NCBI GenBank assembly: GCA_013239625.1
Contig: MU053652.1
Coordinates: 5,385,902-5,449,901 of the forward strand
Direction: 5' to 3'
Source of the DNA: Lama guanicoe
Lineage: Eukaryota
Length of the DNA stretch: 64,000 nt
In this document: piece by piece, positions 1 through 13,393 of the stretch
Layout of the letters: the number at the start of each line of letters is the position of its first letter
Numbering within the stretch: position 1 is the stretch's first letter
Notes under the pieces: generated by a model
The model's input: only the letters and a program-made list of their open reading frames with translations
The model's database searches: none
Told to the model about the DNA's origin: nothing
Program-made: the position numbers and the translations under genes

Positions 1-1392
1 GAGGAATTCTTCTAGGGTATAATTAAGCATGGACTAAATGCAAATTGCATAGTTTGAAGTCACCCAAGGGTAGCGTAAATTTAACATGACAATTTTTCAA
101 AATATTATTTTCTTGTGTGAGGACCCCAGAATAATTGCAATCATTTATTTTCGCAGGTAGCAGATCTTTATTTCAGCTCCCTCTTAGGTCCTTTTTGTTT
201 TAAAACGCCCCTGCTTTTATGTGAGCCATCACCAGCTGACTCGCCTTTTCATACTCTTCACCAGATATAAAGCACTTTGGTTTTGCTCTGCACTTTAAAT
301 TTTTTCAAAGCATGTTTACATTTTTTGTGCTTGCAACTCAGTGAAGCAGGAGGCCTGAGTTTGTCTACCCACTTTTTACAGATGAGAACCGTGAGCCGCA
401 GAGCGGTTGAACAGTGGGTTAAAGGCGCTGGTGCTTCCCCCAAGCCCATGCTTCTTCCCTTTCCTGAGTGAAATTACATGGGCCCCCAAGTTCTACTGGA
501 ACAAGCCGTGGGCCAGCCAGGCACCCAGGGCTGCCTGACACGCCTGTGTGATGGCACACTCCATTGGGTGGGCAGAAGACTGCAGGAAAATAAATGTGTC
601 AGAGAACGCTGGTTTATTATTATTATTATTCACAAGTTTTATCTACTCTGTTGTTTGAACCCTCTGGATGAGCCAGTTTTCATAATGACCTCACATCGTC
701 ACACTAAGAGTTATTCTTCAAATGACTTGGAGATCAGTTCACTTATTTATGCCGGATGCTTTCCGTTTGACATTCAGATATGAACATTTTAATTTTGAAA
801 TTAAGTTATGGACTCCTAAGCGTAAAACTTGGAAGACTAGTTAACATGCTCTTTGTTGATGGCAAAGTAAATACATGTTTAGCTGAGAAGCAGGACTGCT
901 TTCAAATCATTTGCTTCATCTGGAACTAAATCCAGGAATCAGCCCAGTGGGCATGATGATGTTATTCAAGAATTTGGGGAAGAAATGAAGGATAAAACTA
1001 TCCACATCTTATTCTTTTGGTAATTCATGTACAGACTTCTCAAAAGGTGAGACTCTTTCATAATATATTTGTCAGAACCTTGTTTACCCCAAGATTTCCA
1101 TTTTAAAGTTTTATTCAGCTTTGTGGTGCATCTTCACAGTTCTGTCATTTAAGTCCATTTCGTTCTTCAGTTTTGCATTAAACAATGAATATAGCCATAA
1201 TGTTCTCTATGATAAGACCTTTGATTCCACAATCTGTTTTGCATTAATGAATTTCTTTCAATCCTTAGATAATTCTTATTGTTTTCCTCTAGACCAAGTA
1301 AGTTTGTTTCCCCTTTTCTCCATTATGATGACCTAAGTCAGGACTGTAAATCAGAATACTCACTTTGCAGGTAAAGTAGCTTTTAATGGTTC

Positions 1393-1491
1393 CATTAGCT
1401 ATATTCAAGTGGTTCCCTTCAAATACATTAGCTATATTCAGGTGGTTCCCTTAAAATACATTAGCTATGTTCAAGTGGTTCCCTTAAAATA
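1393..1491. repeat. 33-bp tandem repeat x3 (cattagctatattcaagtggttcccttaaaata)
   Basis: Copies at 1393-1425, 1426-1458 and 1459-1491, each one substitution from the consensus; no spacers. Confidence 0.95.
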
Positions 1492-1851
1492 ATTCCTGGC
1501 CTTAGTTTTTGCAGAATGAAAATAACAAGGTGAGGTCACCAGCAGGCCAGGAGAGAGGTGGGATGACTCTCATCCTCAGTTAAGGGTTGCGGAAGGTTGG
1601 TAACTAGGTCAGCAAACGGGGTCTGGGGAGGACTAGGGTCATGGATGACCCTTTACTAGTTGAATGGAGGTTGTGTAGACAGAATTTAGAGTGGTGCAGA
1701 GGTGCTGAACTTAGGGACAGACTGAAGTTCCAGACCCTCTTCTGCTGCTTTCTAGCTCCAAGACCTTAGATAAATCACCTGATGTCTCTGAACTTCATAT
1801 TCCTAATTTATGAAATAGCAATAATAATAATAACTCCTAGGATCTTTCCAT

Positions 1852-2290
1852 CTGTCAGTTATCTGCTGCCAAGTAACGTGCTGTTTTAAAACTTGGCAGC
1901 TTAAAACAAAATTATTTGTTTGCTCACACTTCAGGCTGGGTTCAGCTGGGCAGTTCTGTTGGTCTTTTCTGGAGTTGCTCATGCAGCTCCAGTGATCTGG
2001 GGGTTTGATCTGGAGCTAGTTGATCCAAGATGGCCTCACCCTGAACAGGCAGTCAGCTGGGACTGGCAGTGGAATGCCTCAGTTCGCCACATGGTTGCTT
2101 CAGCAGCAGAACCCAGGCTTCTTCCATGGCAACGGCAGTAATTCCTGGAAGACATGTCCTGATGCGCAAGTGCTTATCAAGTCTCTGCTTGCATCACATC
2201 TGCAAAATGTTTTTGGCCAAAGCAAGTCACATGACCAAGCCCAGGGTCGGTGAGGGAGGGAACTGTGCTGCAGTAGGGAGGCTTGATTTA
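1852..2290 (-). mobile_element. Older MLT1-type solo LTR
   Basis: TGTCAGTTATCTGCTGC...GCTTAAAACAA...TTGGCCAAAGCAAGTCACATGACCAAGCCCAG motifs. Confidence 0.7.
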
Positions 2291-3387
2291 CGTGGAACAA
2301 TTAGTGTAGCAATCAGTACATTCTGTCGTTCAAACACAACAATGCTGGGAAATTGTTTTTAAAGTGTTATATCAGTGTAAGTTTTGTGTGGTATGTGTGA
2401 GTGGTGGTGGGGTCGGGAGAAGAGGGAAGACATGGGGCCTGAAAGCTTTAACAGATATTGAATTTTCAGTCTTGAAAATAATTATTTAGTTTTATCTCTG
2501 ACTTCCATTATTATATTTAAAATAGTTAACTCAGCTGGGCGCTGAGGTATAGCACACTGGAAGCTGGATCATGTGATCAGTATGTGACACTTGGAGAAGA
2601 GGACTCAGCTACAGAGAACTGGCACTTCAAGAGAATTGGTTCAAGGATAAATCAGATTTATGGATGAATTAGTCATTCGTCAGAATGTCAACATCCATTC
2701 TAAGTGAGTTTAACTTAAAAGTCAGAAAGGTAGTGGTCAATGTCATGAGAGCTCGCCCCACATGCTGACTGTGGATGGAGATTGAAAAGGTGAGGATTCA
2801 TCTGAGACAGGCTGGTGGGGACTAGGAAGGCACCAGCCCTACAAAAAGAGGGGTTTAGTGTAGAACAGGGTATATAAGGAGGCAGAAACCAAGACAAATG
2901 CCTACTTCTCTGGACTATCAAAAATAATGGGGAGGGAGACAAGCATATGAATTTGAGAGTCCTGTGACTCAGTGCAGGGTCAGGTAGGTGCTTAGAGTTT
3001 GTGTGTCATGAGTCCCTTAATGTTGATATTTAAGGAATTTGGGGATGCAGTGGAAGGATGTGGTTGCTCAGCACCCATCCTGAACCACTGAGTCCCAGGT
3101 GTAAAGTCAGGGCTGACAGTGGGGCTGAGCTATTAGACTTCCTAGGTCAGGACCAGCTCTGGAACTGAAGTGAAAGTGGCAGGCATCAGTGGGCCCAAAC
3201 GAAAAGCTTCAGAGGGCTGACACAAATGCCCGGCAGGATAGAGGGTCTCAAATGTCAGTGAGCACAGGAATTTCCTGGTTAAAATTGCACATCTCTGGAG
3301 TCATTCCAGGTATTGTGACTTAGTACATCTGGCATGGTACCCAGAAGTTTGCATTTTCAGGGAACAGCTCAATGCTAATGATCTAAT

Positions 3388-3584
3388 TGGTGCTGTCCGA
3401 TATAGTACACGTGCAGCTATTTAAATTTAAATTAGTTAAAATTAAATAAAATTAAAAATTTAGTTACTCATCTGTTAGCCACATTTCAAGTGCCCAATAG
3501 CCACATGTAGCTAATGGCTACTATACTGAACAGTGCAGAATTAGAACATTACCATCATTGCAGAAAGTTCTATTGGATGTGCTG
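3388..3584. mobile_element. hAT-Charlie MITE (MER3-like)
   Basis: GTGCTGTCC start, TAGCCACATTTCAAGTGCCCAATAGCCACATG core, GAAAGTTCTATTGGA end. Confidence 0.75.
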
Positions 3585-4064
3585 GTTAAGCTACCTACTC
3601 AATGATTCCTTTCCTTTGGACGACATCTGGTTCTGCTAGACCTTTCTGGTTTTGTGTCCAATCCTTCATCCATAGCCTCATCTACCTCCCAGAGGAGTAA
3701 CCCTAACCTACACAGTGGCTCAGGACCATGGACAACGGCACAATGGCTATCCCTCTCCTCAAATAGTTTTAGTCACATTATATTTAAGTTTAAGTAAGTG
3801 AGGAGCCAGGAATGGGAAGCTAAAGTTAAGGAATCCAATGGAGGTAGCAAGCTACGTTGACCCAAGAGTCTTTGACTCATACTGAAAACCAGTCCATAAT
3901 CCCTTAGCTCAATGGTAGTGACTCTGGCTTCTGACCATGTCAGCTCTTCTCAAGGAGAGGCAGGGAAAAGAAAACCTTGAGCTGCTGCTATTTAGAATAT
4001 ATTACTAACTAGCACCATACATGCAGGGCAGTTAAGTAGGAGATAAGCATGAAAAGAATTAAGT

Positions 4065-4255
4065 GGGATTAAATTCTGGGCTGCCACCTTCTTGTGGTGC
4101 AACCATGGGAGTGCTACTTAACCTCGTTGAGTCTCAGTTTTCCAATCTGTAAGATGGCTATAATAATATTAATGTTATGAAATGATAGAATACTTGTAAT
4201 GAACCTAATGTAAGGTTTAACACACAGTAGGTATTCAATAAATATTAGTTCTGTT
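4065..4255 (+). mobile_element. MIR SINE
   Basis: Core ACTTAACCTC..GAGTCTCAGTTTTCCAATCTGTAAGATGG and tail CACAGTAGGTATTCAATAAAT. Confidence 0.7.
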
Positions 4256-4517
4256 TTACCTCTTAGTAATGTGGACTTTATTCTCTCTAATGTGGCAGTT
4301 TCCATCTTATGGTGTAGAGTCTCTGCTTTCTGGTAGCAGCGTCTGAATTTAAGGACAGAGATGACTTGGTTCTTGGCTATTAGTTTGTTTTCTTGTCTGT
4401 CCCCAAGTAGGATCTGGCAGGGCTATGTAGTTCAAGTACCCAGAAAAGCCTGGAGTGTTCCAGATACCTGTGAACAGAACTGCAAATAATGATCTGGAGC
4501 TAGAAAGTCATGGCAGA

Positions 4518-4714
4518 TTCTCCTCTCCCCTCCTCCTCCTCTTCTCCCATCTCTTCCTTCTTTTCCTTCTTCTTTCGCCTCTTCCACTTCTTTGTCTTCC
4601 TTCTTCCTCCTACTTTTTCTCCTCTTATATTTCCTTCTTCCTTTCCTCTTCTTTTCTCTCTTCCTCCTTCATCCTTTTATTCTTTCTTCTTCCTTTTCCT
4701 TCTTCTGCTGCTGC
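4518..4714. repeat. Polypyrimidine (CT/CTT-rich) low-complexity tract
   Basis: About 200 bp almost entirely C/T on the + strand. Confidence 0.9.
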
Positions 4715-4937
4715 TATGAAAACTGTATGTAAGTATGAACAGAATCACAATCTCATTATTCACTGGAGCTTAGTGAGCTTTGTTAGTGGAGTTTCCCCCC
4801 AAAATATCACACTGTTAGTGTGCTGATCTACTTGGGAACATAGATGATCATATCATTTCCCAAAGACAGGGATTTTACAAAGGGATTAGGTGGTTTAAAC
4901 TTACCAGTGAAGATCAGTTTGAAATTATGCTTTGATT

Positions 4938-5398
4938 ATTTTTTAAGCTTTATTGAGTTATAATTGACACATAAATGATAAGATATTTAAATTATTCAGT
5001 GTGATGACTTGATATATGTATACATTGTGGAAGGATTTCCCCCTGTCTAGCTAATTCACACATCCATCACCTCGCACACATCCCTCCCTGCTTGGTGAGA
5101 ACATTTAAGTTCTACTCTCTAGCAAGTTTTGATTATGTAATACAGTGTTATGAACTGTAGTCACCATGTTACACATTAGATCCTCATGGATCTTACTCTA
5201 CTTATAACTGAAAGTTTGTGCCCTATTACCAACCTCTCCCTACCCTATTCACCCTCATCCCTGCCCCAGTTCTCTGGCAACCACTTGTCTACTCTCTAGT
5301 TTCTATACCTTGGCTATTGTGAGTAATGCTGCAGTGAACATGGGAACATAGAAATCTCTTTGAGATAATGTTTTATTTCCTTTGGATATATACCCAGC
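4938..5398 (-). mobile_element. L1 3' end (L1MA-like) plus the end of ORF2
   Basis: T-rich start, TTTATTGAGTTATAATTGAC, GTGAGAACATTTAAGTTCTACTCTC, GCTGCAGTGAACATGGG motifs. Confidence 0.85.
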
Positions 5399-5454
5399 TT
5401 ATATAGTGCATAGTGGTTTGTTGTTGGCACTGAACTAAAAAACTTGATGAACCA

Positions 5455-6240
5455 GGAATGCATAATTTCAAGCCAAAGCAATCTTGAGAAAGAGGAAAAA
5501 GTTGAAGACCTCTCATTTCCTGATTTCAAACTATATTACAAAGTTATAGTAATCAAAACAGTATGGTGTTAGCATAAAAACAGACACATGGATCAGTGGA
5601 ACAGAGAGACCAGAAATAAGCCCATCCATATATGGTTGTTAATTTGCAACAAAGGAGCCAAAAATAGAGAAAGAATAGTCTTTACAATAAATGATGCTGG
5701 GAAGACTGGACAGCCCCTTGCAAAAGGATGAAATTGGAACCTCTATCTTCACCATCCACAAAAATCAACTCAAAATGGATTAACAGTTGAACATGAGACC
5801 TGAAACCATAAAACTTTTAGAAGAAAACATAGAGGGTAAGCTCCTTGACATCTGTCTTGTCAAAGATTTTTTTAGCTTTGACACCAAAAGAAAAGGCAAC
5901 AAAAACAAAATAAACACCTGGGATTACATTAAACTAAAAGGCTGTGGTCAGCAAAGGAAATCATCAACAAAAAGAAAACCTATGAAATGGGAGAAAATAT
6001 TTACAAAATATTTACAAACCACATATTCAATAAGGGGTTAATATTCAGAATATATAAGAAACTCATACCACTCAATATCAAAAACCAAATAACCCAGTTT
6101 AAAAATGGGCAAAGGTCCCAAACAGACATTTTTCCAAAGAAGATACACAAACGGCCAACAAGTACAGGAAAAGGTGTTCAACATCACTAATCATCAGGGA
6201 AATACAAGTCAAAACCACAATGAGATATCATGTCACACAT
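5455..6240 (+). mobile_element. L1 ORF2 C-terminal fragment, opposite orientation to the adjacent 3' end
   Basis: Broken ORFs read NMRPETIKLLEENI, KINTWDYIKLK, MKWEKIF, typical of L1 ORF2. Confidence 0.9.
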
Positions 6241-7603
6241 GCATTCCCAATCTGGTCAATCTGGCGAGATTACCACATGCATGCGGAACATTCAATATAG
6301 TCATGATAATAAAACAATTCTTTTTTAAAACAAATGTATGCATTGATAGATATAATATCTTTATTGAATAGTTTATTTCCAGTTAACTGTAAACTATAAT
6401 ATTCAGAAGTGCTTGCTACTCCAGAACATTTGCCTCCATCACCCTTTGTAATATTGTAATGTAGTATCTCTATAATTCAGTGTGAATCTATGTTCTAATT
6501 AAGTTTCAAATAACAAAAAAACAGTCTTAGAATAGAACATTTTTTTAACGATGGTGTCTTGGGGACATAACAAATTGTTCCCTAGCAGCACTGCTGCATT
6601 AAAGTTGTAATAATCCAAAGGCCATGTGTTAACTGATGTGAGTGTAAATATGCATAATAACATAGAAACAATGGAAGGTCTAGATTCCAATCTCCATCTG
6701 GCCATTTGACAGCAATGCAGTGCTGAGCAGGTTGCTCAACTTCTCTAAGACCCTGTGTTCTTATATATAAAATGAGGATACTAACCATTTGCATGGATTT
6801 GTAAGGATCAGATATAATATACAATACTAGGCACAAAAATATTTTATGTTACTTACATTTATGTATACTTACATTATATTCCTCTTAGGCAAGATTTAGG
6901 GAATCCAGTATTATATTAATAATGGTAATAAATGTTACTTGGGAATCCTATTAACTTTATTAAAACCAAAGATAAACCTGCATCATATAATTGATTTCAT
7001 TCTTTGCTTTGAAGATAGTTATTTTAAACATACATAGTAGAAGACTACGTGATTCTGGAATGTATTACTTGTAAAATTAAAAAGAGATGGAATATATCAA
7101 ACTACCAATTTTTTAAAATAAGTAATTATGAAGTTTCACAACTGGAGAAAAGTACTTCCATTTCAAATTGTTCTGAAAGCATGTTTTTTCTTACCTGATG
7201 CATAACTTACTGTCTTACTTTAATCTGATAAAAATGTACCCTCCAGAGAATGAATTTTAATTTACTTTGTTTTGACTTAATATGTTATCTGCTGAAATAA
7301 CTAGGATTAAATCCTTGGCTTTGATATGAAGGGAGAAAGGATCATAATTTGAAGTTCTTTTTCTTCAGTTATTTTGACATTAACTTATCGTTAAAGGAAA
7401 GAAAAAAACCCTAAGAAGTCTTATTACTTTGCATTTATGCCAGTTGGTAAAAATAAAATATACTTCACTTGGATTTTTCTAATAATTGTATATACTTCCT
7501 TTGTGAAGGTGGAAAACTTAATAATTTTAGAAATCTGTACTCTCTTTTGCTCTGGCGTATCTATACTACAAAACAGAATGTACTATTTAAAAGCACTGTT
7601 TAC

Positions 7604-8203
7604 TTTTGATTTGCATTTCCCTGATGATTAATGATGTTGAGTATCTTTTCATGTGCCTGTTGGCCATCTGCATTTCCTCTTCGGAAAAATGTCTATTCAG
7701 TTCTTCCGCCCATTTAAAAAAATCTTGTTGTTTTTCTGATGTTGAGTTGTATGAGCTGTTTACACGTGTTGAATATTTACCCCTTATTGGTCATTTCATT
7801 TGCAAGTATTTTCTCCCAGTCAGTAGGTTGTCTTTTCATTTTGTCAATGGTTGCTTTGCTGTGCAAAAGCTTTTAAGTTTAGTTAGGTCTCATTTGTTTA
7901 TTTTTGATTTTATTTCCTTTGCTTTAGGAGACAGATCCAAAAAAAATATTGCTATGATTTATTTCAGGACTTTTCTGCCTGTGTGTTCCTCTGGGAGTTT
8001 TATGGTATCTGGCCTTACATTTAGGTCTTTAATCCATTTTGAGTTTATTTTTGTATATGGTGTTAGAGAATGTTCTAATTTCTTTCTTTTACATGTAGCT
8101 GTCCAGTTTTCCCAGCACCACTTACTGAAGAGACTGTCTTTTCTCCATTGTATGTTCTTGCCTCCTTTGTTGTAGGTTAATTGACCGTAAGAGTATGGGT
8201 TTA
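7604..8203 (-). mobile_element. L1 ORF2 fragment
   Basis: Classic antisense L1 text (TTTGATTTGCATTTCCCTGATG, CAGTTTTCCCAGCACCACTTACTGAAGAG); this explains ORF 7606..8175. Confidence 0.9.
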
Positions 8204-8261
8204 ATGAGTCTTTTGCTTTTAAGAACTATATCTTGTAGTGGCATGTGGTTGTGCCTTTTAA

Positions 8262-8470
8262 AAAACTATTTTATTGAGGTATTATTGATATACAAAACAC
8301 TGTACATTTTTAATGTATACAATTTGAAAAGTTAGAAGATAAGTGTACACCTGTGAAGTTATCACCATAATCTGCACCATAAACATGTTATCACCTCCAA
8401 ATGCTTCCTCTTACCCTCTTTATTTATTATTATTATTTTGTGTGTAATAAGAACATTTAACATAGATCTG
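8262..8470 (-). mobile_element. L1 3'-end fragment
   Basis: TTTTATTGAGGTATTATTGATATACAAAACACTGTACAT...AGAACATTTAACAT motif series. Confidence 0.75.
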
Positions 8471-9729
8471 AGTTCTTGTAACGATTCAGTGATGCAGCCT
8501 ATTAAAAGATACCTATGCATCTTTGCACTGGTAACCATGAATGATTATTGCTATTATTATATATTCCTTGTGATAAGGTTTAAGACTCTAAGAAAATTAA
8601 AGATAAAAAGATTCATTCTCTATCATGTTATTTAAAACAATCCCAACTTCCTTTCTAACAGTGTCATTTGATGAATTCATATGCAATACGAAGCATGTAT
8701 GTTTTACACACGTTCACCCACATACACAGGCAAACTGAGGAACAAGCACTTCTGTATGTGACCAAGAATATTCTGTTGGTCTGGCTAAAAACAGAAATAT
8801 TGAAATATGTAGAACTATTTATCTTTCTTACTGAATAAACATTTAGTCCAGGAAAATTCCTTTCTGGTTTTCCTTAAAGGCAGTTGAACCCTGGGTAAAC
8901 ATCTTCATGCTCTTAGTTAGAACATTCTTATGAAGTATAATTCTTTTTGTTAGAATTAAATTACATTTTTAAATCTTTAAGTGGCATTCACGTGTTCTAG
9001 TATTCTAGGACTTAGCGTAAATGTCCCTGTCACACTATTTATACCTCTGTGAGTTTGCAACCTTCAAGTCTCCAATTTTTATCATCTGTTGGTCTCTTGT
9101 TTTCATATATTTTCTTTGAGTTTTTAATAAAATAGTTAATTACCCTTCTCTGGATTTTTTTTGAATTCCTAATCATATTTTTTGGCAATTAATGTATAGG
9201 ATGGAATGATTTTGTCTTCTATACTCTGTCTGATCCAAGCATTCTGTTGGGTTTATAATTCAGAGCATCCCGTTGGCATGATGTGGTGAAACTTTGCCTT
9301 CCCAGTGATTATAGATATTCCCCAAATGATTTCTCGTTGGCAGGAATCCCAGAAGTTCACCTAGCTTTTCCTCTCCTCCCTACGGTATTGAACATTGTCT
9401 CTTCCACCTTCAGCCCTGCCTGGGGTCCTAGTTCAAATAGCACAGAACCAAATTAGTTCAGAATCATAAGCTTATACCCACCAGATTTTGGGTATCGCCT
9501 CTACCAGGTGATACCTGCTGTACTTGCCACCGCATCAGATCAAATCCTCCAGAGAGGCCCCTGGCATAGAATGAATAGGCTCCTCGGTGTTTCTGCCATA
9601 CCCCATTGCCTTGACTTGAAGAGTGTGCTTTCAGCTTCTCTTTACACCCTTATGGACTGTGTAGCATAGTCCAGAATGACTCCAGGCCGAGGTTTTTTTC
9701 CTCAGGAAACTTAGGGGAAAAAAACACCC

Positions 9730-10020
9730 TCTCTTTATTATGCAAATGTTCAAACATACACAAAATAAAGAGAATAGAAAAGTAAATCCCCTGTACTTAT
9801 CACTCAGCTTCAACAATTATCAATACATGTCCAGTCTTGTTTCATTTATAGTCCTAACCACTCACCTCTTATTTCTCCTCACCCCACTGGATGATTTGAA
9901 AGCAAATCCCAGATATCATATCACTTTATTGTAAGTTTTTTTAGTATTTACCTCTAAAGGATAAAGAATTTTTTCAAAACATAATACCATTATCACGTCT
10001 ACAAAAGTTATAAATAATTT
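9730..10020 (-). mobile_element. Old L1 (L1MC/ME-like) 3' end
   Basis: TTTATTATGCAAATGTTCAAACATACACAAAA...AAAGCAAATCCCAGATATCATA motifs. Confidence 0.65.
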
Positions 10021-10409
10021 GGGAAACCAAGTATCCCAGGAAAATAACTTGAGCCCATGTGGTATTATTAATGTAGATTTGAGTTGCTTTTCTTAAAAAA
10101 GCCTTACTCATGCAGTGTGAAATCGTCCAGCAGTTCATCTTCATTCACTTGACATGTGCTATTGAAGGAAATCTAAGGATCATCTACAAACCCTGCTTCC
10201 TATGCAATCACCTTCTTTACGTTAGTATCGAATAAGACTGAGCTGAGTACTAATCTCTCAGGGAAGAAACCCTGTTGTTGGCACATCTCTACCCCTTAGT
10301 ATTTGCCCCTCTGTCTCCCATCCTTATGAAGCCAGTTCCCCATCCACATCAGAATATTACTTTCAGCCCCTGTTTTTAAAAATGAATAGAAGCTATTATC
10401 AGAAGAGTT

Positions 10410-12070
10410 TTTAATCAGCTTTATTGGGATATAATTTACATACAATAAAATTCAGTGAATTTTGAAAAATGCATGCAATCATGCAACAGACACCACCATC
10501 GAGACATAGGACAATTACATCATCCCGAGAAGTGCCCATATGTCTCCACCAATACTCTGCTTTCTATCACTATGGGTTTATCTTTTTTTAGAATTTCATA
10601 TAAATGGAATCTTTTGTATCTCTTAGCATAATTCTTTTGCAAATCACTGCCTGTAACAATAGCTTGTTCTTTTTGTTGCTGTGTATTATTCCATCATACA
10701 GATATATCAAAATTTGCTTATCCATTCACAGTTGATGGATATTTGGATGGTTACCAGTTTTTAGCTATTATGACTAAAGCTTCTATGAAAATTTAAGTGT
10801 AAGTCTTTGTGTAGATCTATGTTTTCATTTCTCTTAGGTAAATACCTGGGAGTGGAAGTGCTGGGTCATACGATTAAGTGTTATGTTAACTTCATAAGAA
10901 ACCACCAGACTGTTTTCCACAGTGGCTGAATCAATTAGCATTTCCACCAGAAAACGATGTTTCTCCACATCCTGGTCAACTGTCAATATTTAAATTTAGT
11001 CATTCTAGAGATTGTATAGTAGTATCTCTTGGTTTCCCTAATGACTAATGATATTGGACATCTTTTCACATACTAATTATTTGTCATTCATTTATCTTCT
11101 TTTATGGACTTTCTGTTTGGATCTTTTGCTCATTAAAAATAAAACTTGAGTTGTCCATCTTCTTATTGTTGAGTTAGAAGAGTTCTTTTTATTCTGGACA
11201 CAAGTCCCTTGCCAGATATGTGTTATGAATATTTTCTTTAAGACTGTGGCTTACGTTTTCATTCTTCCAAAAGTGATTTTTGAAGGCCAAAAGTTATTAA
11301 TTTTGATAAAGTCCAAGTCATCAATATTTTTCTTTTAGAATTTGTGTTTTTGTGTTGTATTAGAAATTATTTGCCTAACCCAAGGTCACTAAGATTTTCT
11401 CTTATGATTTCTTCTAGAAGTTTCATAGCTTTAGCTTCTACATTTAGGTCTATGACCCATTTTGAATTAATTTTTGTATATGATATGGGGTAAGGCTTCA
11501 GAATCATTTTATTTTTGCATATGGATATTCAATTTTTACAACCTCATTTTTTAAACATTTTTTATTGATTTATAATCATTTTATAATGTTGTGTCAAATT
11601 CCAGTGTTCAGCACAATTTTTCAGTCATTCATGGACATATACACACTCATTGTCACATTTTTTTCTCTGTGAGTTATCATAACATTTTGTGTATATTTCC
11701 CTGTGCTATACAGTGTAATCTTGTTTATCTATTCTACAATTTTGAAATCCCAGTCTATCCCTTCCCACCCTCCACCCCTCTACAACCTCATTTTTGAAAA
11801 GGTTATTTCTCTATTTAATTGTCTTGGCATATTTGATGAAAGTCAGTTGACCATGTATGTGTGAGTCTATTTCCAGACTCTCTTCTGTTTCATTGTCTTT
11901 TTATGTTTATCTTTATTGCCTATATTCTCTTTCTATATGTCTATCTTTAGTCAACACCACACTATCTTGATTCCTTAGCTTTACAGTAAAATGTATGAAT
12001 TTCTGCAAAGATTTTGCTAGGACTTTTGCTGGAATTGCATTGAATCTAGAGATCAATTTGGGAGCAAAGA
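10410..12070 (-). mobile_element. Old L1 (L1MB-like) 3' end and ORF2 part, interrupted by a younger insertion
   Basis: CAGCTTTATTGGGATATAATTTACATAC start, then continuous antisense L1 motifs to GCATTGAATCTAGAGATCAATTTGGGAG. Confidence 0.85.
11552..11780 (-). mobile_element. Young 5'-truncated L1 3' end nested in the older L1, 15-bp TSD
   Basis: Perfect TSD tacaacctcattttt at 11537-11551 and 11781-11795; L1 3'-UTR-like body. Confidence 0.85.
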
Positions 12071-12860
12071 CAGTAGACTGGAGCATCCATCTTGACAGTT
12101 GCCTTCAGCAACTCATTGCTGCAGTTCTACTGTCTCTTTTAAAACAGAAAACAGCATGATTGGGCAAGTCTTTCCAAATTCTGTATCTATACTTGGTATG
12201 TCTTGACCAAATGCTAATGAGCCTGCAGCCTTCCTTAGTAAGATAGCAGTGGGATGTCTTCCCAGAAGTTTACAAGGGTAGATGACAAAATTTGGATATA
12301 TGCAAATATTATTCAATCATTCATTCTACAAATATGTATTAAGAGTGTATTACGTGCCAGGTGTGGTTCTAGGTGCTGGGGTTATGGCATTTGACAAAGC
12401 AGACAAATATCTCCACCCTGAGGGGCCTGTCTTCTAGCTTTGTAAAGAACCATCAGTGTATAGCATTGGCTAAAAGCAGAACCTTAAAAAGTAGTCTATC
12501 TCTTGATCTAGTATTATCTTTTCTGAGAATTTATCTGAAGAATAATCAGAGATATTGTCAGAATTATGTAAAAATATTCATTGCAGCATTTATGGTAGAA
12601 AACCCCAGGAAAAATCTACATACTTATCATGGGAAAATGATTAAATAACTGGTGATATGTACATTTAATGAAATATTATGTAATTATTAAAAATTTAAAT
12701 TTTAGAAGACTATAAGACCACAGGATAGATAATTTAAAATGCTAAATCATTTCCTAGTAAGACTGAACCAAGTTACATCTACCAGCAGTGTTTGAGAATA
12801 TCTAATTTACCCTTGCTGCTGTGAGTACTTTGAAAAAACAGAATGTGTTATAATCCTAAA

Positions 12861-12897
12861 TGTGTGTGTGTGTGCGTGTGTGTGTGTGGTTGTGTGT
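12861..12897. repeat. Imperfect (TG)n microsatellite
   Basis: Read directly from the sequence. Confidence 0.9.
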
Positions 12898-13310
12898 AAT
12901 ATGTAATTACACAGTAAAGCCAGGGCCAGTTCGGACAGCAAAAATGGATCTCATTTTAATTTAAATTTCTTTTATTACTAGTGACATCGAATATTTGTTC
13001 ATCTGTTTAGGCTATTTTTGTATGTCTTTTGTGAACTGTCTTTTTAAAAGAAATTTGGATAACTTCTCTAAGTTTGATTTTTTGAGAAGGCACCTGGTTA
13101 GGGAGGTTTTTTTCTCTTATTGAGAAATCTATTCATTGTGCTATAATGTGGTTTATGAAAGATACTTTAAAATTTTAAAGTATTCTTTGGGATTATTTGG
13201 AAAGTCAGTAACTTAATACTTCAAATTGGAAAAAGCTTATACTACACTAATTTGAGCAGTAAGTAGTCATCATTCTTTTTACATATTTCTTTGCTGTTTG
13301 AAAATCTTAT

Positions 13311-13393
13311 GGGGAGGATATAGTTCAGTGGTAGAGCACATGCTTAGCATGCACGGGATCCGGGTTCAATCCCCAGTACCTTCATTAAAAAAA
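13311..13393 (+). mobile_element. tRNA-derived SINE (camelid vic-1-like)
   Basis: GGGGAGGATATAGTTCAGTGGTAGAGC (A box)...GGTTCAATCCCCAGTACC (B box) then an A tail. Confidence 0.85.

Noticed and set aside
1393..1491. 33-bp repeats as a CRISPR-like array
   Set aside because: Units are head-to-tail with no spacers, there are no cas genes, and the context is mammalian.
4455..4826. Hydrophobic Leu/Phe/Ser-rich ORFs as a membrane protein
   Set aside because: Artefact of the CT-rich tract.
7606..8175. 189-aa ORF as a gene
   Set aside because: It is the antisense reading of an L1 ORF2 fragment.
13311..13383. SINE heads as real tRNA genes (also 29821, 33210, 34574, 55209)
   Set aside because: They have A tails, TSDs and degraded stems, so they are retroposed SINEs.
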